This document shows positions 13,753-23,399 of a DNA stretch of 64,000 bases, piece by piece. The DNA lies in assembly GCF_963921235.1 (NCBI RefSeq), contig NC_086101.1, forward strand, positions 2,482,001 through 2,546,000. The letters run 5' to 3'. Below the pieces are notes generated by a model. The model was given only the letters and a program-made list of their open reading frames with translations. It did not search any database and was not told the DNA's origin. Numbering within the stretch: position 1 is the first letter of the stretch; each line of letters begins with the position of its first letter. This DNA comes from Mobula hypostoma. Its lineage: Eukaryota. The translations under genes were made by a program, and so were the position numbers.

Positions 13753-15486
13753 AGTGAGGGATAAAATTGGTCCCTTGGAGAATCAGAGTGGACGGCTATG
13801 TGCAGAGCCAAAAGAGATGGGGGAGATTTTGAACAATTTCTTTTCTTCGGTATTCACTAAGGAGAAGGATATTGAATTGTGTAAGGTAAAGGAAACAAGA
13901 AGGGTAGTTATGGAAAGTATGATGATTAAAGAAGAGGAAGTACTGGCGATCTTAAGGAATATAAAAGTGGATAAGTCTCCGGGTCCAGACAGGATATTCC
14001 CTAGGACCTTGAGGAAAGTTAGTGTGGAAATAGCAGGGGCTCTGACAGAAATATTTCAAATGTCATTAGAAACGGGGATGGTACTGGAGGATTGGCATAT
14101 TGCTCACGTTGTTCCATTGTTTAAAAAGGGTTCTAAGAGTAAACCTAGCAATTATCGGCCTGTGAGTTTAACGTCAGTGGTGGGTAAACTGATGTAAAGT
14201 ATTCTGAGGGATGGTATATATAATTATCTGCATAGAAAGGGTCTGATTAGGAACAGTCAACATGGATTTGTGCATGGAAGGTCATATTTGACAAATCTTA
14301 CTGAATTTTTTGAAGGTTACTCGGAAAGTTGACGAGGGTAAAGCAATGGATGTTGTCTATATGGACTTCAGTAAGGCCTTTGACAAGGTTCCACATGGAA
14401 TGTTAGTTAGGAAGGTTCAATCGTTAAGTATTAATATCGAAGTAGTAAAATGGATTCAACAGTGGCTGGATGGGAGACACCAGAGAGTAGTGGTAGATAA
14501 CTGTGTGTCAGATTGGAGGACAGTGTCTAGTGGTGTGCTTCAGGGATCTGTACTGGGTCCCATGTTATTTGTCATATATATTAATGAGCTGGATAATGGG
14601 GTTGTAAATTGGATTAGTAAGTATGCAGATGATACTAAGATAGGTGGGGTTGTAGATAATGAAGTAGGTTTTCAAAGCTTGCAGAGAGATTTAGGCCAGT
14701 TAGAAGAGTGGGCTGAAAGAAGGCAGATGGAGTTTAATCCTGATAAATGTGAGGTGCTACATTTTGGTAGGACTAATCAAAATAGGACATACATGGTAAA
14801 TGGTAGGGCACTGAAGAATGCAATAGAACAGAGGGACCTAGGAATAATGGTGATATTTCCCTGAAGGTGGAATCTCATGTGGATAGGGTAGTGAAGTGTA
14901 TAAATCAGAACATTGAGTATGGGAGTTGAGATGTAATGTTGAAATTGTATAAGGCATTGGTAAAGCCAAATTTGGAGTATTGTGTACAGTTCTGGTCACC
15001 GAATTATAAGAAAGATGTCAATAAAATTGAGAGAGTTCAGAGGAGATTTACTAAAATGTTGCCTGGGTTTCATCTCCTAAGTTGCAGAGAAAGGTTGAAT
15101 AAGTTAGGTCTTTATTCTTTGGAGCGTAGAAGGTTGAGGGGGACTTGATAGAGTTGACGTGGATAGGCTTTTTCCATTGAGACTGGGGGAGATTCAAACA
15201 AGAGGACACGAGTTGAGAGTTAAAGGGCAAAAGTTTAGGGGTAACATGAGGGGGAACTTCTTTACTCAGAGAGTGGTAGCTGTGTGGAACGAGCTTCCAG
15301 CAGAAGTGGTTGAGGCAGGTTCGATGTTGTCTATTTAAAGTTAAATTGGATAGATATATGGACAGGAAAGGAATGGAGGGTTATGGGCTGAGTGCAGGTC
15401 GGTGGGACTAGGTGAAGGTAAGAGTTCGGCACGGACTAGAAGGGCCGAGATGGCCTGTTTCTGGCCTGTAATTGTTATAAGGTTAT
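13753..15486 (+). mobile_element. 5'-truncated CR1 LINE (RT domain, frameshifted) nested in the minus-strand CR1
   Basis: ORFs 13643-14197, 14310-14864 and 14936-15148 include KVDKSPGPD, YMDFSKAFDKVPH, QGSVLGP, KYADDTK and LEYCVQFWSP. The tail is GTTATAAGGTTAT. Confidence 0.93.
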
Positions 15487-15720
15487 CGTTACCTTGTTTT
15501 TGAACCTTTCGTAAGCTCTTCTTTTCTTCTTGACCAGATTTACAGCAGCCTTTGTACACCAAGGTTCCTGTATCCTTCTATCGTTTCCCTGTCTCACTGG
15601 AACATAACTATGCAGAACCCCATGTAAGTATCCCCTGAACATTTGCCACATTTCAGTTTTCCTGAGAACATCTGTTTACAATTTATGCTTCCGAGTTCCT
15701 GACTGATAGCCTGATGTTTC

Positions 15721-17083
15721 CATAGAAACCACAGAAACTACAGCACAGAAACAGGCCTTTTGGCCCTTCTTGGCTGTGCCGAACCATTTTCTGCCTAGTC
15801 CCACTGACCTGCACACGGACCATATCCCTCCATACACCTCCCATCCATGTATCTGTCCAATTTATTCTTAAATGTTAAAAAAGAACCCGCATTTATCACC
15901 TCGTCTGGCAGCTCATTCCATACTCCCACCACTCTGTGTGTGAAGAAGCCCCCACTAATGTTCCCTTTAAACTTTTCCCCCCTCAGCCTTAACCCATGTC
16001 CTCTGGTTTTTTTCTCTCCTTGCCTCAGTGGAAAAAGCCTGCTTGCATTCACTCTATCTATACCCATCATAATTTTATATACCTCTATCAAATCTCCCCT
16101 TATTCTTCTACGCTCCAGGGAATGAAGTCCCAACCTATTCAACCTTTCCCTGAAACTGAGTTTCTCAAGTCCCAGCAACATCCTTGTAAACCTTCTCTGC
16201 ACTCTTTCAACCTTATTTATATCCTTCCTGTAATTTGGTGACCAAAACTGAACACAATACTCCAGATTCGGCCTCACCAATGCCTTATGCAACCTCATCA
16301 TAACATTCCAGCTCTTATACTCAATACTTTGATTAATAAAGGCCAATGTACCAAAAGCTCTTTTTACGACACTATCTACCTGTGACGCCACTTTTAGGGA
16401 ATTTTGTATCTGTATTCCCAGATCCCTCCGTTCCACTGCACTTCTCAGTGCCTTACCATTAACCCTGTATGTTCTATGTTGGTTTGTCCTTTCAACGTGC
16501 AATACCTCACACTTCTCAGTATTAAACTCCATCTGCCATTTTTCAGCCCATTTTTCCAGCTGGTCCAAGTCCCTCTGCAGGCTCTGAAAACCTTCCTCAC
16601 TGTCTACTACACCTCCAATCTTTGTATCATCAGCAAACTTGCTGATCCAATTTACCACATTATCATCCAGATCATTGATATAGATGACAAATAACAATGG
16701 ACCCAGCACTGATCCCTGTGGCACACCACTAGTCACAGGCCTCCAGTCAGAGAAGCAATTCTCTACCACTACTCTCTGGCTTCTTCCATTGAGCCAATGT
16801 CTAATCCAATTTACCACCTCTCCATGTATACCTAGCGACTGAATTTTCCTAACTAACCTCCCATGCGGGACCTTGTCAAAGGCCTTACTGAAGTCCATGT
16901 AGACAATATCCACTGCCTTCCCTTCATCCACTTTCCTGGTAACCTCCTCGAAAAACTCCAATAGATTGGTCAAACATGATCTACCACGCACAAAGCCATG
17001 TTGACTCTCCCTAGTAAGTCCCTGTCTATCCAAATGCTTGTAGATTCTGTCTCTTAGTACTCCCTCCAATAACTTACCTACTA
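15721..17083 (-). mobile_element. Young 5'-truncated CR1 LINE with an uninterrupted RT and C-terminal frame
   Basis: ORF 15795-17120 is open for about 430 CR1 codons (QHGFVRGRSCLTNL, DFSKAFDKVPH, GVPQGSVLGP, KFADDTK) up to the natural stop, followed by the 3' UTR. It has no endonuclease domain or authentic start. Confidence 0.95.
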
Positions 17084-17170
17084 ACCCGGGGTAATTTCTA
17101 AAGTAAGTACATGTTGGCACAGCATTGTGGGCTGAAGGGCCTGTATTGTGCTGTAGGTTTTCTACGTTTC
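17084..17170 (+). mobile_element. CR1 3' UTR fragment
   Basis: Reverse complement of the CR1 3' ends at 11742-11830 and 37377-37470. Confidence 0.75.
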
Positions 17171-17171
17171 A

Positions 17172-19350
17172 ACACTGTTACAGACTGGTACATCGGGATA
17201 CAGAGACACACCGTTACAGACTGGTACACTGGGATACACGGAGACACACACCGTTACAGACTGGTACACTGGGATACACAGAGACACACCGTTACAGACT
17301 GGTACACCGGGATACAGAGACACACCGTTACAGACTGGTACACTGGGATACACAGAGACACACCGTTACAGACTGGTACACCGGGATACACAGAGACACA
17401 CCGTTACAGACTGGTACACTGGGATACACAGAGACACACTGTTACAGACTGGTACACCGGGATACACAGAGACACACAGTTACAGACTGGTACACCGGGA
17501 TACACAGAGACACACACCGTTACAGACTGGTACACCGGGATACAGAGACACACCGTTACAGACTGGTACACTGGGATACACAGAGACACACCGTTACAGA
17601 CTGGTACACCGGGATACACAGAGACACACCGTTACAGACTGGTACACCGGGATACACAGAGACACACAGTTACAGACTGGTACACCGGGATACACAGAGA
17701 CACACACCGTTACAGACTGGTACACCGGGATACAGAGACACACCGTTACAGACTGGTACACTGGGATACACAGAGACACACCGTTACAGACTGGTACACC
17801 GGGATACACAGAGACACACCGTTACAGACTGGTACACCGGGATACACAGAGACACACAGTTACAGACTGGTACACCGGGATACACAGAGACACACAGTTA
17901 CAGACTGGTACACTGGGATACACAGAGACACACTGTTACAGACTGGTACACTGGGATACACAGAGACACACACCGTTACAGACTGGTACACCGGGATACA
18001 CAGAGACACACAGTTACAGACTGGTACACCGGGATACACAGAGACACACACCGTTACAGACTGGTACACCGGGATACACAGAGACACACACCGTTACAGA
18101 CTGGTACACCGGGATACACAGAGACACACACCGTTACAGACTGGTACACCGGGATACACAGAGACACACCGTTACAGACTGGTACACCGGGATACACAGA
18201 GACACACAGTTACAGACTGGTACACCGGGATACACAGAGACACACCGTTACAGACTGGTACACCGGGATACACAGAGACACACCGTTACAGACTGGTACA
18301 CCGGGATACACAGAGACCCACAGTTACAGACTGGTACACCGGGATACACAGAGACACACAGTTACAGACTGGTACACTGGGATACACAGAGACACACTGT
18401 TACAGACTGGTACACCGGGATACACAGAGACACACAGTTACAGACTGGTACACCGGGATACACGGAGACACACACCGTTACAGACTGGTACACCGGGATA
18501 CACGGAGACACACACCATTACAGACTGGTACACCGGGATACAGAGACACACAGTTACAGACTGGTACACCGGGATACACAGAGACACACACCGTTACAGA
18601 CTGGTACACCGGGATACACAGAGACACACAGTTACAGACTGGTACACCGGGATACACAGAGACACACACCGTTACAGACTGGTACACCGGGATACACAGA
18701 GACACACCGTTACAGACTGGTACACCGGGATACACAGAGACACACCGTTACAGACTGGTACACCGGGATACACAGAGACACACACCGTTACAGACTGGTA
18801 CACCGGGATACACAGAGACACACAGTTACAGACTGGTACACCGGGATACACAGAGACACACACCGTTACAGACTGGTACACCGGGATACACAGAGACACA
18901 CAGTTACAGACTGGTACACCGGGATACACAGAGACACACCGTTACAGACTGGTACACCGGGATACAGAGACACACCGTTACAGACTGGTACACTGGGATA
19001 CACAGAGACACACCGTTACAGACTGGTACACCGGGATACACAGAGACACACCGTTACAGACTGGTACACCGGGATACACAGAGACACACACCGTTACAGA
19101 CTGGTACACCGGGATACACAGAGACACACAGTTACAGACTGGTACACCGGGATACACAGAGACACACCGTTACAGACTGGTACACCGGGATACACAGAGA
19201 CACACCGTTACAGACTGGTACACCGGGATACACAGAGACACACACCGTTACAGACTGGTACACCGGGATACACAGAGACACACAGTTACAGAGCGTTATT
19301 CCTCGATACAGACACACACACACAGTGTTGCGGGCGGTACACCGGGATAA
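17172..19350. repeat. 36/38/40-bp minisatellite, about 56 units
   Basis: Unit CCGTTACAGACTGGTACACCGGGATACACAGAGACACA, whose length varies by CA dinucleotides. It degenerates at 19290-19350. Confidence 0.98.
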
Positions 19351-20340
19351 AAAGAGGAAGGAGAGTATAGTGACAGGACCCGGGGTCTGTAACTTTGGCC
19401 CGGTCCCAGCTGGCGGGACAGCACCTCTCACACTCGGGGCTGCCCCCGCCCAGTTCGGCGCATTGCGGCGGTGCTCGGAGCGGCTGGAGGTGTGTCTGCT
19501 TGGCGGTGTCCGAGACCGCGCTCGGTCGCCCGCGGCCGTGCATCCGACCGTCCGGCCTCGCCTCGCATGTGCTGCTGTCTCCCACCCTCCGTTCCGTCCC
19601 GTCCTCCTCCGGAATGTGTCTTCTCCCCCGATCGCTTCGGTCTCCCTCCCGCCGCAATGCAGGTCCGCCTTTCGCTGTCCCTGGCGCTCTCAGTCGGAGA
19701 GAGAGGGAGGGAGATGGGGAGGTGACTGAGAGAAACTACCGACAGCCGAAGAGTGAGGAAGAGAGTCAGAGAGAGAATGCGGGAGGGAGAGGGACACCTG
19801 GAGAGAGTGAGAGACACAGCACGGCTCCGGGAGATGTTATTTTCATACGTGTGTGTCCGCTCTCCGCTTCCCCTCCCTTCCACTTCCCCCCCCAACCCTA
19901 TCTGCCCCCTCCCTCTCTGTGTTGTGCCGTTTCCCACTGATTACCCCGTCCCCGTCTTTACCCGTGCTGTCTCCCATCCCCGGTGTCTCTCCCCCACCCC
20001 CTCCGGTCTCTCTCTCTGCCCCCGATCTTTGTTTCTCTCCCTCCCCTCGCTGACGCCAGGCCACACCCACTGAACCGGTGACCCGCGGCGGCGACAGGTG
20101 CATCTCACCTTGCGCACTGTGTCCGTGTGTGTGTGTGTACCCGCGTGTCCGTGAGCGTTGGCCCGCGTCCGGACCCCGAACAGCACCTACCGATCCAGGT
20201 CAGTGACGTCCTACCCCGCACCGCGGCCTCAGGCCTCCCCTCCCCCGGCACCCTGGGGCAGTCGTGCGGAGAGGCGAGGACTGGGAAAGGGAGGGAAGCG
20301 AGTGGGAGGGTAATGAGACGGGGCGAGGTAGAGGGGGAGT
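19330..20340. promoter_or_regulatory. CpG island and likely promoter of B3GALT4, possibly bidirectional
   Basis: Unique GC- and CpG-rich sequence about 1.3 kb upstream of the CDS, with a GC box GGGGCGAGG and CRE-like TGACGTC (20204-20210). Splice-donor-like sites point outward on both strands. Confidence 0.7.
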
Positions 20341-20389
20341 GGAGAGGACAGATACTAGTTTGGGACAGGCACAGGGCTGTACAAGTAAA

Positions 20390-21200
20390 CGGGCAAAGTT
20401 CGCATTGTCAAAGTACATGTCAGCATAACCACCCCGAGATTCAGTGTCGTGTCGGCTTACTCAGTAGGTCTGTCCACAGCAGATCCAATGAAAGACCACG
20501 CCACTAGCCAGTTCAACCGGTGTGACAATACAAAAGAAAGAAATAATAATAATTTTTTTAAAAAGCAATCAATATTGAGACAAATGAGATGAAGAGTCTG
20601 TGAAAGTGAGAACAGTTCAGTGATGGGGCGGGTGTAGTTATCCTCTCTGGTTCAAAAGGCTGATAAAACCAAGACATAAGACACAGGAGCAGAATGAGGC
20701 CATTTGGCCCATCGAGTCTGCTCCGCCATTCAATCATGGCTGATCCTTTTTTTTACAACCTCATTTCCCGGCCTTCTCCCTGTAACCTTTGATGCCGTGT
20801 AATATAAACTCAAAAAGAGGCCTTCTCCTTCCCACCCTCCCCCCACCTTCTTTATAGGGCCTCTGCCCCTTCCCTCTTCAGTCCTGACGAAGGGTCTCGG
20901 CCCAAAACATCGACTGATCGTTTCCACGGATGCTGCCCGACCTGCTGAGTTCCTCCAGCGTGTTGTGAGTGATGCCATGTAATAGGATGGTTGAAGGGTA
21001 ATAACTGTTCCTGACCCTGGTGGTGAGAGTCCTGGGGCTCCTGTACCTCCTGCCTGATGACAGCAGTGAGACGAGAACGTGGCCTGGGTGATGGTTCCTG
21101 ATGGTTGAGGGGTAATGACTGTTCCTGACCCTGGGGGTGAGAGTCTTGTACCTTCTTCCCAATGGCAGCAGTGAGATGAGAGTATGTCCTGGGTGGTGAT
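20390..21200 (-). mobile_element. Degraded Rex1/Babar-type 3' fragments with a nested CR1 3' end (about 20675-20800)
   Basis: Minus-strand translation HPGHTLISLLPLGRRYKTL / SGRRYRSPRTLTTRVRNSYYP, which occurs twice. Confidence 0.7.
20805..20969 (+). mobile_element. Penelope pseudo-LTR remnant with a 15-bp TSD and a mutated hammerhead motif (20879-20916)
   Basis: TGATGCC(G/A)TGTAATA at 20790-20804 and 20970-20984. The motif is CAGTC-CTGACGA-AGGGTCTCGGCCC-AAAA-CATC-GACTG. Confidence 0.8.
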
Positions 21201-21420
21201 TTCTCTTTCTCATGTTTGTTCTGTAGATTCGGAGTGAGGCTACAATGATCCAGTGGACTCCTGCGATCCAGTGGGGACAGAGAGACAGTGGAATCCAGTG
21301 ACGAAACCCCCAGTGGCCCATCGGAGGGAACTGCATTCACCTCGAGGTGGGACTACAGTGAAATAGCAAGATCTTCAGTCGGACAGTGACGGGATCCCAG
21401 TGGAACTCCAATGATGCAGC

Positions 21421-21508
21421 GATCCAGTGGGTCTCCGGTGATCCAGTGAGACTCCGGTGATCCAGTGGGTCTCCGGTGATCCAGTGCGACTCCGGTGATC
21501 CAGTGGGT
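21421..21508. repeat. 19-bp tandem repeat in the predicted B3GALT4 5' UTR
   Basis: GATCCAGTGGGTCTCCGGT repeated about 4.6 times, with scattered GATCCAGTG motifs from 21247. Confidence 0.9.
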
Positions 21509-21554
21509 TTCCAGACTTTGTGGTTCTCCGGCCGGGGAGCCCAGTGACCCAGCG

Positions 21555-22673
21555 ATGCGGTGCCCGCTCGGCCGGCGCCGGCTGCCCCCGGCCGTGGCGC
21601 TGGTGCTGCTGGCCCTGGTCACCCTGCTGCTGCTGCTGGGGCGGATCGAGGAGTGGGTGCTGAGCGGGGACGGGGCCGGGTTCGGGGAGACAGGCGGCCC
21701 CGGGCTGCCGCGGCGGCCCGCGCCCGGTGCTGGGTGGGCTCCCGGCCCCCTCCGGCTGCCCAACCCGGGCGCCTGCAGCGGCCCCCGCCCGGTCTTCCTG
21801 GTGACCCTGGTGACCAGCAGCCCCGGCCACCGGCGCCAGCGGCAGGCCATCCGGGCCAGCTGGGGCTCGCTGGGCGAGGTGGCGGGCCGGCGGGTGCGCA
21901 CCCTGTTCGCCCTGGGCCTGCCCGCCACCGCACGGGAGGCGCGGCTGCTGGAGGCCGAGGCCCAGCGGCACGGCGACTTGGTGCAGGGCCTCTTCGCCGA
22001 CACCTACCTCAACCTGACGCTCAAGACGCTGATGGTGCTGGGCTGGGCGCGGGAGCACTGCCCGGAGGCTCGCTTCCTGCTCAAAGCGGACGACGACGTC
22101 TTCGTCAACGTGCGGGCGCTGGTGACCCACCTGGCGGCCCTGAGCCCGCCCGAGCCCGGGCCCGAGCCGGGTGGGCCCCCGCGGCCCCACAGCCCGGCCG
22201 AGCCTGACCTCTACCTGGGCCGCGTCCACGCCGGCGTGCGGGTGGAGCGGGACCCCGTCAGCCCCTACTACGTGCCCGAGGCCACCTACTCGGCGCCCGT
22301 CTACCCCCACTACTGCAGCGGCACGGCCTACGTGCTTTCGCGCGGCGCTGCCGCCAAGGTGCTGGCCGCCGCCCACCGCCTGCCCCTCATCCGGGTGGAG
22401 GACGCTTTCGTCGGCATGTGTGCCCGGGCGGCCGGGCTCCGGCCCACGCCCTCGGCCCGCATGGCGGGCTCGCAGCGCCTGTACCCGCACCGCTGCTGCC
22501 TCCGCCGTGCCTTTTCCTCGCACCACGTCGGCCCGGCCGAGCTGCCCGCCCTCTGGGTGCAGGTGGAAGAGGGCGGTGACTGCGGAGCCCTGCAGGGCCT
22601 GGCCGCCCTGCTCATCTGCAACTCAGTCAGCTTCCTGCAGCAACTCCAGTACTGCTGGGCCGGTGCCAGGTAG
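21555..22673 (+). CDS. B3GALT4: Beta-1,3-galactosyltransferase 4 (GT31 family; GM1/GD1b/GA1 ganglioside synthase), 372 aa
   Basis: Type II membrane anchor followed by GT31 motifs RQAIRASWG, GDLVQGLFADTYLNLTLKT, FLLKADDDVFVN (DxD), YCSGTAYVLS and EDAFVG. The motifs PNPGACSGP, LYLGRVH, RCC and C-terminal CxxLQGxxxxLxC match B3GALT4 as I recall it, not by search. The first in-frame ATG is 21555; the track start at 21495 is GTG. Confidence 0.9.
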   Translation: MRCPLGRRRLPPAVALVLLALVTLLLLLGRIEEWVLSGDGAGFGETGGPGLPRRPAPGAGWAPGPLRLPNPGACSGPRPVFLVTLVTSSPGHRRQRQAIRASWGSLGEVAGRRVRTLFALGLPATAREARLLEAEAQRHGDLVQGLFADTYLNLTLKTLMVLGWAREHCPEARFLLKADDDVFVNVRALVTHLAALSPPEPGPEPGGPPRPHSPAEPDLYLGRVHAGVRVERDPVSPYYVPEATYSAPVYPHYCSGTAYVLSRGAAAKVLAAAHRLPLIRVEDAFVGMCARAAGLRPTPSARMAGSQRLYPHRCCLRRAFSSHHVGPAELPALWVQVEEGGDCGALQGLAALLICNSVSFLQQLQYCWAGAR

Positions 22674-22870
22674 TGCCAGGGGTCTGGTGCCCAGCGCCTC
22701 GTAGTGCCAGGGGTCTGGTGCCCAGCGCCTCGTAGTGCCAGGGGTCTGGTGCCCAGCGCCTCGTAGTGCCAGGGATCTGGTGCCCAGTGCCTCGTAGTGC
22801 CAGGGGTCTGGTGCCCATTGCCTCGTAGTGCCAGGGGTCTGGTGCCCAGCGCCTTGTGGTGCCAGGGATC
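22670..22870. repeat. 31-bp minisatellite beginning at the B3GALT4 stop codon
   Basis: GTAGTGCCAGGGGTCTGGTGCCCAGCGCCTC repeated about 6.5 times, with degenerate copies to about 23080. Confidence 0.95.
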
Positions 22871-23399
22871 CAGGGACTGACTCCACGTAGTACTGGTGTT
22901 TCCTGGAATACGGGGACCATCTCCACGTGGGGCTGGTGTTTCCAGGGACTGGAGCCAATTGGTGCCGGGGATCTGGGCCCAGTGCCAAATCGTGCTGAGG
23001 ACCGGGAGCTGGCTGCGGGTAGTGCCGGGGATTTGGGGACCGGTGCCTGGTTGCGCAGGGAATCCCGCGACTGGTGCTGTGCATCTGAAGCTCCCTGAGC
23101 AGTGGTTGTGGGGCTGAGGAACAGGTCTGGGACAGGCGAGTGGGTCTGGAACATTCCTACCAGTGCTGATCCGGTTTGGTACGGGCCAGGGCCAGTGGAT
23201 AGGAGAACGAAAGCCGGCAGCTCTCTGTTGCAGTGGGCTTCATCCGGGACGTGGAGTTGCTGTGCGCTGGGAGCTGAGATGGGGGTGTGTGGGCGGTGCT
23301 AACAGAAGATTGGGACTGTTGTTCTGGATGCCTCGGGCACTGATAAACCTGACCAACTGCATCTGCTCACTCTCTTTGTCTGCCTTCATTTCCATGCAT

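Larger units (their letters stand above)
11742..15720 (-). mobile_element. CR1 LINE, decayed ORF2 plus 3' tail, split by a + strand CR1 and a Rex 3' end
   Basis: Minus-strand ORFs PQGFVLGPLLF..SKFADDTK, LEYCAQFWSPHY, RGDLIEVYK, GEVPEDWRVADVVPLFKKG. The 3' UTR and tail are at about 11742-11830, and the sequence resumes at about 15485-15720. Confidence 0.9.
20199..21226 (+). other. Predicted 5'-UTR intron of B3GALT4
   Basis: Donor CCAG|GTCAGT at 20198/20199 and acceptor TTTCTCTTTCTCATGTTTGTTCTGTAG| at 21226. The interval is mostly TE fragments. No transcript evidence. Confidence 0.5.

Noticed and set aside
15795..17120. Domesticated reverse transcriptase gene
   Set aside because: It is 5' truncated with a start borrowed from an adjacent repeat and keeps the CR1 3' UTR and tail, so a young insertion explains it.
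17111..19729. 872-aa and 741-aa ORFs
   Set aside because: They start at non-ATG codons inside a CR1 3' UTR, and the repeat unit simply lacks stop codons while unit lengths shift frame freely.
21353..22704. Overlapping antisense and alternate-frame ORFs (383, 216, 215, 177 aa)
   Set aside because: These are shadows of the very GC-rich B3GALT4 CDS with no recognisable motifs.
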